Positions 25,011-32,000 of a DNA stretch of 32,000 nucleotides are shown here, piece by piece. The notes under the pieces were generated by a model, which saw nothing but the letters and a program-made list of their open reading frames with translations, searched no databases and was not told where the DNA came from. The stretch spans positions 1,450,064-1,482,063 of the forward strand of contig NZ_JHUX01000003.1 in assembly GCF_000619845.1 (NCBI RefSeq), given 5' to 3'. Numbering within the stretch: position 1 is the first letter of the stretch; every line of letters begins with the position of its first letter. The DNA comes from Alkanindiges illinoisensis DSM 15370 (lineage in GTDB: Bacteria > Pseudomonadota > Gammaproteobacteria > Pseudomonadales > Moraxellaceae). Both the position numbers and the translations under genes were made by a program.

Positions 25011-25066
25011 TTATATGATATCTATCATGTAATGAATAATGAGATTATATTATGATCATCATATAA
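25011..25066. promoter_or_regulatory. Cluster of ATGAT/ATCAT palindromes upstream of the thiolase gene (candidate operator region)
   Basis: atgata-tc-tatcat at 25015-25028. The palindrome atgatcat at 25052-25059. An outer inverted repeat pairs ttatatgat (25011-25019) with atcatataa (25058-25066). Confidence 0.35.
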
Positions 25067-25093
25067 ATGAAGTTAGGCTTCAGGAGAATCAAA

Positions 25094-26236
25094 ATGACTC
25101 AAGCTGTGATTGCCGGTTATGTGCGTACCCCATTTACCTTTGCACGCAAGGGTGCACTAGCAACTGTCCGCCCAGATGATCTGGCAGCGGTTGTATTAAA
25201 GGGGTTAATCGAAAAAACTGGCATTGACCCACATCTGATTGAAGATGTCATTATGGGTTGTGCTTATCCTGAAGGCACTCAAGGGGACAATATTGCCCGT
25301 AATGCGGCGTTGCTGGCAGGCTTGCCGATAGAAGTGGCAGGCACAACAGTGAACCGTTTTTGCGGTTCATCCATGTATGCCATTCATATTGCTGCTGGGC
25401 AAATTGCTATTGGCGCAGGTGATGCGTTTATTGCAGCCGGGGTAGAAAGTATGAGCATGGTGCCGCAAGGCGGTTTAAGCATGAACCCTAATCCTAAATT
25501 TTTTGAGCCAGGCGCGCCACAGGCTTATATAACGATGGGGCAAACAGCTGAAAATGTGGCCCAGCAGTATCAGGTGTTACGTGCTGATCAGGAACAACTG
25601 GCCTATGAATCGCAGCATAAGGCCGCCAGTGCGCAGCAAGCCGGTAAACTTCAGGATGAAATTATTCCGGTCACCACCCCTGAAGGTGTACTGGTAGACC
25701 AGGACCAGTGTCTAAGGCCATCCACCAGTCTTGAGGGGCTGGCTGCATTAAAACCAGCTTTTGATGAACATGGCAGTGTTACCGCTGGCACCTCTTCCCC
25801 GCTGACCGACGGCGCCAGTGCGGTATTGGTTACTTCACTTGAATTTGCCCAGCAGCATGGCCTGCCTATTCTGGCAAAGATCAAGTCCACCGCGGTGGCA
25901 GGCTGCCCGCCAGAACTGATGGGGATTGGCCCGGTGCCTGCCACCCAAAAAGCCCTTACCCGGGCAGGCTTAACCATTGCCGATATAGATGTGGTTGAAA
26001 TCAATGAAGCCTTTGGCTCACAAGCGGTAGCCTGCCTGCGTGAATTAGGCATTGACCGCAGCCGGGTTAATCTGGATGGCGGTGCACTGGCGCTAGGTCA
26101 TCCATTGGGCGCTACCGGGGCACGCATTACCGGTAAGGCAGCACAATTGTTACAACGGGAAGGTGGCAAATATGCACTGGCCACCCAGTGCATTGGCGGC
26201 GGCCAGGGAATTGCCACCATTTTAGAAGCGGTATAG
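25094..26236 (+). CDS. Acetyl-CoA C-acyltransferase / 3-ketoacyl-CoA thiolase
   Basis: The preferred start is ATG at 25094 (aggagaatcaaaATG). Thiolase motifs are NRFCGSSM (active-site Cys), NEAFGSQ, GHPLGATG and CIGGGQG. Confidence 0.9.
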   Translation: MTQAVIAGYVRTPFTFARKGALATVRPDDLAAVVLKGLIEKTGIDPHLIEDVIMGCAYPEGTQGDNIARNAALLAGLPIEVAGTTVNRFCGSSMYAIHIAAGQIAIGAGDAFIAAGVESMSMVPQGGLSMNPNPKFFEPGAPQAYITMGQTAENVAQQYQVLRADQEQLAYESQHKAASAQQAGKLQDEIIPVTTPEGVLVDQDQCLRPSTSLEGLAALKPAFDEHGSVTAGTSSPLTDGASAVLVTSLEFAQQHGLPILAKIKSTAVAGCPPELMGIGPVPATQKALTRAGLTIADIDVVEINEAFGSQAVACLRELGIDRSRVNLDGGALALGHPLGATGARITGKAAQLLQREGGKYALATQCIGGGQGIATILEAV

Positions 26237-26372
26237 CATATTTAGTTAAACCAGTGTGCGGGCTGGCAATCATCACAGGCAAACTGCCTGATAGTGAAAC
26301 TAGCCTGCACTATGTTAAATCTCCCTTAATACTCACACTGGCATTTAACCATGATTTTAGTAGGCGCTACCC

Positions 26373-26957
26373 ATGCGTTATAACGATGGACATAAGGCTC
26401 GTACCCATGCATTAATTATCAGTCATGCAGCGCAGGTCATCCGGCTCAAGGGTCCTGAACAGATGAGCGTGGCCTCACTGATGCAGCAGGTTGGCCTCAC
26501 CCACGGCGGCTTTTATGCCCATTTTAAAACCAAGGATGAATTGATCGCAGCAGCCATTGAACACATGTTTGCTGAAAGTCTGGCTTATTTTGATCAGGTC
26601 GTGGCAGGCCATACGGGTAAGGATGCCATTGCAGCGTATATCAGTTTTTATCTGTCTGGCCTGCATCGCGACAAACGCGCCGAAGGTTGTCCTCTGGCAA
26701 CTATTGCTCAACAGTTAACCCAGCTTGCACCCTTGGGTCAACAGGCATTTGCTAATGGGATGCAAGAGCTTTTGGGCAAGCTGACCAAGTATCTGGCCGA
26801 CGCAGGCTTTACTGATGCAAATGCCCTTAGCTATTCCGTATTTGCAGATATGGTGGGTGCTATCACGCTGGCACGCTGTGAGCTGGATCAGGAACGTTCT
26901 GACCAGATGCTAAATGCCAGCCGCACTGCCCTGTATACACGGCTGGCTTTAATTTAA
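26373..26957 (+). CDS. TetR/AcrR-family transcriptional regulator
   Basis: N-terminal helix-turn-helix: SVASLMQQVGLTHGGFYAHFKTKDELI. Confidence 0.9.
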   Translation: MRYNDGHKARTHALIISHAAQVIRLKGPEQMSVASLMQQVGLTHGGFYAHFKTKDELIAAAIEHMFAESLAYFDQVVAGHTGKDAIAAYISFYLSGLHRDKRAEGCPLATIAQQLTQLAPLGQQAFANGMQELLGKLTKYLADAGFTDANALSYSVFADMVGAITLARCELDQERSDQMLNASRTALYTRLALI

Positions 26958-27099
26958 GACCTTTTTTAATATTGGATGCGTAGCGAGTATTAAGGAATTT
27001 TCTAATCTTAATTCAACGGAAATCGCAAGATATGATGTAAATTGCTTAAATCACCTACTATCTGGATGTCAGTAAATAGCGAACGAAACGCCTGATAAA

Positions 27100-27423
27100 T
27101 TATAAAACCACTATAAAGAACATTACCGATAATAATGTTCCTATAATAAAGCAGGTAAGATTGCCAAATAATTTCAACAATATTCTTTCTTTAATATTTG
27201 CCCCATCCCTGTTTAAATGCTTGTTAAGTTTGGGAATCATAAAACAGTAAGCACAAATAAAGTATGCAATACCACTATTTATAGTAGCCAAGTTTTCTAC
27301 AAAAATTATTCCTTTTTGCTTTTGATACAATAAGAAAAACATTGAAATGGTGTAGGTGATTAAACCTAAAAATGCATAAAGAAAGCTATAAGCTTCTTCT
27401 TTACTCATAATCTTATTGTCCAT
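27100..27423 (-). CDS. Small membrane protein (107 aa, about 3 transmembrane segments), AT-rich
   Basis: Hydrophobic segments and a clean ORF in an AT-rich patch. No motif recognised. Confidence 0.55.
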   Translation of the reverse strand: MDNKIMSKEEAYSFLYAFLGLITYTISMFFLLYQKQKGIIFVENLATINSGIAYFICAYCFMIPKLNKHLNRDGANIKERILLKLFGNLTCFIIGTLLSVMFFIVVL

Positions 27424-27506
27424 CTTTCCTATCCTAGATCCTATCTTTTATTGAGCAGCCATCTCGCTAGACAACTACTCAAGCATAAACATTATGATCT
27501 AAATAA

Positions 27507-27527
27507 CCCAGGCATTAGGTGCCTGGG
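27507..27527 (-). terminator. Hairpin downstream of the HlyD-family gene (weak terminator candidate)
   Basis: An 8-bp stem pairs cccaggca with tgcctggg around a 5-nt loop. On the minus strand it is followed by ttattta. Confidence 0.4.
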
Positions 27528-27611
27528 AAAAATCTGATGCATACCTCTTTGATAACGCTAACGAATTTTTCAGTTTGAATCATTTTGCCTAAGCTTTTAA
27601 ATCATAACAGA

Positions 27612-29015
27612 TTAACGCTCATGCAGGCTGTCTTTGGCATTTTGGATTAATGGACTCAAGAAATACTCAATCAGGCGGCGCTGTCCAGTCTTGATCTCAA
27701 CCGTTACCGCCATACCGGGACTTAGATTGACCTGCTTGCCATCTACGTTAATGGTACTTTTTTCCATACGGATCAGTGAGGAATAAATCAGTCCCAGTTT
27801 TTCATCATTAATGGCATCGTGTGAAATTGAAAGTACTTTGGCATCAATAGTGCCATAGCGGGAATGCGGGAAGGTTTCAATCTTCACTTCAGCATTTTGG
27901 TCTTCCCGTACAAAGCCGATATCCTTGTTGGGAATAAACGCTTCAACTTCCAGCGGATTATTCTTTGGTACAATCACCATCAGTGCCTGTGCAGGGGTTA
28001 CCACCCCACCCACCGTATTAATGGCCAGTTGCTGTACCGTGCCATCTACCGGACTTTTGAGTGCGGTTAGGGCCTGACGCTGGGCCGTCTTGATACCTTC
28101 CTGCTCTAGGGTTTCAATTTGCTGCTGTGCTTCATTTAAGCTATCCATGGTGGATTTTCTAAACTCGGCCATAAACTGGGCGCGTTGGGTACGGGTTTCA
28201 TTTAAGGCCGCGCTCAGCTCTTTCACCTGTCCACGCTGACGATCCAGCTCGGTTTCTTTTTCCAGGCGTGCCTGCTCATAGGCCAGGTATTCATGCCGTG
28301 AGGCATAGTTTTCATCTTTCAACTGTTTAAAGTCATCAGCACGGGTCTTGGCAATCGGCACGATCTTTTCTAAGTTGGTGACTTGTGCGGTTGAAGAGTT
28401 AAGCTCGGCCTGACGACGACTGATTTCTGCATCATAGGTGGAAAGGCGGGACTGGTATTCATTGAGTTGGCTGAGCAAGGCACTGTGCGATTCATTGAAT
28501 AAATCTGGATTGATGTTGTGATGATCAATTGAAGGTAATGCTAAACCCGCAAGCTTAGCCAGAATATATTTAGCCCGGTAAGCTTTTAGCCTGGCGAACG
28601 CCAAATCACTGCTGGTCTTGGTGTTATCAGCCTGCGCCACCGTGTAATCCAGTGCCACCAGTACCTGTCCGGCTTTCACCGCCTGACCTTCCTTGACCAG
28701 GATTTGTTTCACCGTGGCTGTTTCAAATGGCTGGATTACCTTAGTCCGGTCACTGGGAATAATCTTACCCTGTGCAGTGGCCGTAATATCAATCTTGCCA
28801 AAGTACGCCCACAGCAAGGCAATGATAAAAAAGCTGACTATCAGCCACATGGCAATCCGTGGTGCTGGCGATACCGGTTGTTCCTGTAAAGCCAAGGCTG
28901 CTGGCAGGAATTCAGCTTCGGTTGGCGTGACCGGACGGCTGGCCAGTTGTTTACGGCTTTGCCAGGACAGTTTGGCCACACCCGCATAGTGTTTTAAATG
29001 ATTGAGAATACTCAT
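27612..29015 (-). CDS. HlyD-family type I secretion periplasmic adaptor (membrane fusion protein)
   Basis: One N-terminal transmembrane helix, a long coiled-coil centre, and a C-terminal ...GMAVTVEIKTGQRRLIEYFLSPL typical of HlyD/LapC-type adaptors. Confidence 0.9.
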   Translation of the reverse strand: MSILNHLKHYAGVAKLSWQSRKQLASRPVTPTEAEFLPAALALQEQPVSPAPRIAMWLIVSFFIIALLWAYFGKIDITATAQGKIIPSDRTKVIQPFETATVKQILVKEGQAVKAGQVLVALDYTVAQADNTKTSSDLAFARLKAYRAKYILAKLAGLALPSIDHHNINPDLFNESHSALLSQLNEYQSRLSTYDAEISRRQAELNSSTAQVTNLEKIVPIAKTRADDFKQLKDENYASRHEYLAYEQARLEKETELDRQRGQVKELSAALNETRTQRAQFMAEFRKSTMDSLNEAQQQIETLEQEGIKTAQRQALTALKSPVDGTVQQLAINTVGGVVTPAQALMVIVPKNNPLEVEAFIPNKDIGFVREDQNAEVKIETFPHSRYGTIDAKVLSISHDAINDEKLGLIYSSLIRMEKSTINVDGKQVNLSPGMAVTVEIKTGQRRLIEYFLSPLIQNAKDSLHER

Positions 29016-29021
29016 GATGGG

Positions 29022-31190
29022 TTAACCGTGCTGTAACTGGTGTAATTTGGCATAGGCGCCACCGGGTGTTTGCAACAGCTGCTGATGCGTGCCGCTTTCA
29101 ACAATCTCGCCCTGCTCCATCACAATGATCCGGTTGGCATTACGCACGGCGGATAAGCGATGGGCAATGATCAGCACCGTGCGGCCCTGGCAAATGGTTT
29201 GCATGTTGGCCTGGATAATGTGCTCACTTTCATAATCCAAGGCACTGGTGGCTTCATCAAAGATCAGGATGCGTGGATTGGTAATTAACGCGCGGGCAAT
29301 CGCAATGCGCTGGCGCTGGCCACCCGATAAGGTTGAACCATGCTCACCCACCATGGTGTTATAGCCTTCTGGCAACTCCACAATAAATTCATGCGCACCA
29401 GCCAGCTTGGCCACTTCAATCACTCGCTCTAAAGAGGCACTGGGGTCAGACAGGGCAATATTTTCCCGGATGGTCCGGTTAAACAGCATGTTTTCCTGTA
29501 GTACCACGCCAATTTGCCGCCGCAGCGAGCTGGTATCCATAATGGATAAGTCCATACCGTCAATCAGGATGCGGCCACGTTCTGGCACATACAGGCGCTG
29601 GATGAGTTTGGTTAAGGTGCTTTTACCGGAACCCGAACGCCCGACAATCCCAATCACCTCACCTGGCTGGATACTCATATCAATGTCTTTAAGGATTTCA
29701 CGGCCATCAGGACGATAACGGAAGAACAAATGATCAAGCGTGATGCTGCCTGCAATCTTAGGCAGACTGCCCTTGCTGTCGGACAGCTCGGTTTTGGTAT
29801 TGAGGATATCGCCCAAGCGCTGAATGGAAATCCCTACCTGCTGGAAGTCAGTCCACATTTGTGCCAGACGCATGACGGGCTGTGACACCTGTCCGGCCAG
29901 CATGTTAAAGGCAATCAACTGGCCGACACTGAGCTTGCCTTCAATCACCAGTTTGGCCCCAAAATACATGATGGCCACGGTGACTATTTTATTAATGAGG
30001 GTCACGCCACTATTGGCAAAGGTACTGATGGTAGTGGTTTTAAAGCTGGATTTGACATAGCCTGCCAGCTGGTTATCCCATTTACGTACCCAGTGGTTTT
30101 CAGTAGCCAGTGATTTTACCGTATCCACCCCACTCACCGTTTCAACCAAAAAGGCCTGATTTTCCGCACCACGGGCAAATTTTTCATTCAAGCGCTGACG
30201 CAGGATTGGGGTAAAAATCACTGACAGCAGCAAATAACAGGGAATTGAAGCAATCACAATTAACGTGAGCCAGCCACTGTAATAAACCATCACGGCAATA
30301 AACACAAAGGAAAACACCAAATCCAGAATCAGGGTCAAGGCATTGCCGGTGAGAAAGGAGCGAATGTTTTCCAGCTCACGAATACGCGCGACCGAGTCGC
30401 CAACCCGGCGTGCCTGAAAGTAATTCAGTGGCAAGGCCAGCAAATGGCGAAATACCTTGGCTCCCAGTTCCACATCAATGCGGCTGGTGGTATGGGCGAA
30501 CACATAACTGCGTAACGTCGAGAGCAATACATCAAAGATAATGATCACCGTTAAGCCAATGGCAATCACATCCAGGGTGGTCAATGCCCGATGCACCAGT
30601 ACCTTGTCCATGACCACCTGAAAGAACAGTGGTGTGATCAAGGCAAATAGTTGCAGCACAAAGCTGACCAGCAGTACTTCAATCAGTAGCTTGCGATACT
30701 TAATCACTGAAGGAATAAACCAGGACAAGTCAAACTTGCGTAAGGCTTGAGCCAGGCTATCCTTGGTGGTGACTAAGATCAGTTTGCCCTGCCATAGCTC
30801 GCCAAACTGTACAGGCGTTAACAACTGGGGCCGTCCCATACGCGGAGACTGGACCAGATACTGGTCATTTTCAATTCGCGCCAGAATAAAGAATTCTGGT
30901 TCTCCATCAGGATTGGTGGTTTCTACAATGGCAGGTAATGGAATCTTGTCCAGCCGCTCAAGTGTCGTACTTACCGCCTTGGCTTTTAAATTTAAGCGCT
31001 TGGCCGCCAGCAATAACTCGGTGCTGTTAAATTGGGTATTATCCAGACCCGCTTCATGGATCACCTGCTCTGGCTCAACTGCCATGTGGTGAAAACGCGC
31101 CATCATGATCAGGCAAGCAAGGCCAGTGTCAATCCGGAGCATGGTATGAGCGGTATCGGGGGATTCTTGATTTTGGGCAACAAAAGACAT
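29022..31190 (-). CDS. Type I secretion ABC transporter (permease/ATPase) with an N-terminal C39-peptidase-like domain (HlyB-like)
   Basis: The N-terminus has GLACLIMMARFHH..., followed by six transmembrane segments. Motifs are Walker A GRSGSGKST, signature LSGGQRQR and Walker B ILIFDEATSALD. Confidence 0.9.
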   Translation of the reverse strand: MSFVAQNQESPDTAHTMLRIDTGLACLIMMARFHHMAVEPEQVIHEAGLDNTQFNSTELLLAAKRLNLKAKAVSTTLERLDKIPLPAIVETTNPDGEPEFFILARIENDQYLVQSPRMGRPQLLTPVQFGELWQGKLILVTTKDSLAQALRKFDLSWFIPSVIKYRKLLIEVLLVSFVLQLFALITPLFFQVVMDKVLVHRALTTLDVIAIGLTVIIIFDVLLSTLRSYVFAHTTSRIDVELGAKVFRHLLALPLNYFQARRVGDSVARIRELENIRSFLTGNALTLILDLVFSFVFIAVMVYYSGWLTLIVIASIPCYLLLSVIFTPILRQRLNEKFARGAENQAFLVETVSGVDTVKSLATENHWVRKWDNQLAGYVKSSFKTTTISTFANSGVTLINKIVTVAIMYFGAKLVIEGKLSVGQLIAFNMLAGQVSQPVMRLAQMWTDFQQVGISIQRLGDILNTKTELSDSKGSLPKIAGSITLDHLFFRYRPDGREILKDIDMSIQPGEVIGIVGRSGSGKSTLTKLIQRLYVPERGRILIDGMDLSIMDTSSLRRQIGVVLQENMLFNRTIRENIALSDPSASLERVIEVAKLAGAHEFIVELPEGYNTMVGEHGSTLSGGQRQRIAIARALITNPRILIFDEATSALDYESEHIIQANMQTICQGRTVLIIAHRLSAVRNANRIIVMEQGEIVESGTHQQLLQTPGGAYAKLHQLQHG

Positions 31191-31217
31191 GTACAGTAAA
31201 ACCTATAGACTGACCAA

Positions 31218-31254
31218 ACAATCAGGCCTTAACCATCGGTTAAGGCCTGATTGT
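31218..31254 (-). terminator. Perfect 17-bp hairpin between the RTX substrate gene and the ABC exporter gene (attenuator or transcript-stabiliser candidate)
   Basis: Positions 31218-31234 pair perfectly with 31238-31254 around a 3-nt loop. No U-run follows on the minus strand. Confidence 0.55.
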
Positions 31255-31267
31255 CAGCAGTAATTTA

Positions 31268-32000
31268 TTATTTCCAGTTGGCTGTAATCACCGCATTCAG
31301 CTGCGTTTGATATTCAGGCGGTAGGGAGGTTTGACCAGCTGCTGGCGGGGTCATGCCTGCCATGGCCTGTACTAGGTTTTGTACCTGGGTATCCAGCAAA
31401 GTCAGGTTATTGCCCGACTTTAACTGCTCCATATGATACTGGTTACCCAAGTACCAGTCCTTCATGACCGCTTTATTGCTGGTGCCAATGACACTGACTT
31501 CCAGGTTGTTACCTGACTTGGTAAACCACAGCTGGTCAGCGGCAATGTCACTACCAAAGCTTAAGGTGTCCTTGTTGCCGGATGTGGTGTCATTTTCAAC
31601 AAGGGTATCAATGCCACTGCTGCGGTCAAACAAATAGGTATCATTGCCTGTACCACCCGTTAAGGTATTGGCCGCAGTATTTCCTTTTAAGGTGTTGGCC
31701 AGCGTATTGCCAGTGCCATTGATAACACTGCTGCCAGTTAAGTTCAGGTTTTCAAGGTTAGTGCCCAAGGTATAGGTAATACTACTTTGTACGCTATCGG
31801 TTCCTTCATTGGCATTTTCAGTAATGACATCCCCGGTGTTATCGATCACGTAGGTATCATTACCCACACCACCAATTAGCTTATCAGCCCCTGCACCACC
31901 ATCCAGATAATCATCACCAGCAAGACCGGTTAAGGTATTAATGGCGCTGTTGCCAAGCAGGATGTTGTTTAGGGTATTGCCAGTTGCACTGTTGGCACCT
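31268..32000 (-). CDS. RTX-repeat calcium-binding secreted protein, C-terminal part (5' end lies outside the window)
   Basis: The track start at 31867 is really an internal GTG. Hand translation stays open to position 32000 (...GLAGDDYLDGGAGADKLIGGVGNDTYVID...). It carries GGxGxD nonapeptide repeats and a C-terminus of the LWF..GN.L.....G......W...... type used as a type I secretion signal. Confidence 0.85.
   Translation of the reverse strand, partial: GANSATGNTLNNILLGNSAINTLTGLAGDDYLDGGAGADKLIGGVGNDTYVIDNTGDVITENANEGTDSVQSSITYTLGTNLENLNLTGSSVINGTGNTLANTLKGNTAANTLTGGTGNDTYLFDRSSGIDTLVENDTTSGNKDTLSFGSDIAADQLWFTKSGNNLEVSVIGTSNKAVMKDWYLGNQYHMEQLKSGNNLTLLDTQVQNLVQAMAGMTPPAAGQTSLPPEYQTQLNAVITANWK

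Larger units (their letters stand above)
9704..25060. mobile_element. tRNA-Ser-associated mosaic genomic island (CP4-57-like backbone), apparently lacking an integrase; the right boundary is approximate
   Basis: It starts at the tRNA 3' end and carries AlpA, two YfjJ/YagK paralogs and DUF932, interleaved with AT-rich blocks. Ordinary metabolic genes resume at 25094. I could not locate a direct repeat of the tRNA 3' end by eye. Confidence 0.55.

Noticed and set aside
26246-26348. 8-bp inverted repeat ccagtgtg/cacactgg (26251-26258 with 26334-26341) spanning the thiolase-tetR spacer, plus atagtg/cactat inside it
   Set aside because: The arms are short and about 75 nt apart, there is no T-run, and this is plausibly chance. 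It might be TetR operators, but the evidence is too thin to report.
25651-26415. ORFs 25651..26052(-) and 26188..26415(+)
   Set aside because: The first is antisense to the thiolase gene. The second spans the thiolase stop and the tetR start with no start signals.
28693-31092. Plus-strand ORFs inside the hlyD and ABC exporter genes (28693..28989, 29407..29718, 29824..30060, 30763..31092)
   Set aside because: They are antisense shadows of genes with unambiguous HlyD and ABC motifs.
1-32000. Looked for CRISPR arrays, rRNA, IS transposases, tyrosine or serine recombinases and a reverse transcriptase
   Set aside because: I found no regularly spaced direct repeats, no transposase-sized or recombinase-sized ORFs, and no RT motifs. 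This was a visual scan only, so short or degenerate remnants could have been missed.

Overview
This window reads as a chromosomal segment from a Gram-negative, probably gammaproteobacterial, genome; the genus cannot be told from the sequence alone. It has three parts.

**1. Left core block (1-9.7 kb).**
- The 5' end of a helical gene resembling an HBL/NHE-type pore-forming toxin component, followed by about 600 bp of extremely AT-rich ORF-free DNA.
- An enoyl-CoA hydratase.
- An OmpR-type response regulator and histidine kinase pair.
- An OprB-family carbohydrate porin next to the membrane-bound PQQ glucose dehydrogenase (Gcd).
- A DUF4112 membrane protein and tRNA-Ser(UGA).

**2. Mosaic island (about 9.7-25.06 kb), starting directly at the tRNA-Ser 3' end.**
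- The backbone is of the CP4-57 type: AlpA, two YagK/YfjJ (inovirus gpII-like) paralogs, an operon of small exported proteins, and DUF932.
- No integrase is present.
- Four visibly AT-rich cargo blocks interrupt the backbone. They carry an orphan 220-aa protein, two toxin/immunity-like cassettes, a KAP P-loop NTPase with a polytopic membrane protein, and a serine-protease remnant with a coupled lipoprotein.
- A 700-bp ORF-free gap holds a 137-bp element closed by a 20-bp inverted repeat, with consensus TTGACA boxes inside the stems.

**3. Right block (25.06-32 kb).**
- A thiolase, a TetR regulator and a small membrane protein.
- A type I secretion locus on the minus strand: an RTX substrate (5'-partial), a C39-like ABC exporter and a HlyD adaptor.

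No CRISPR array, rRNA or recognisable IS transposase was seen.

The best candidates for something undescribed are the KAP NTPase plus membrane protein pair, the hairpin and promoter-like element possibly linked to the HUH-motif YfjJ paralogs, and the orphan toxin/immunity cassettes. All functional calls rest on motif recognition by eye, and none has been checked against a database.
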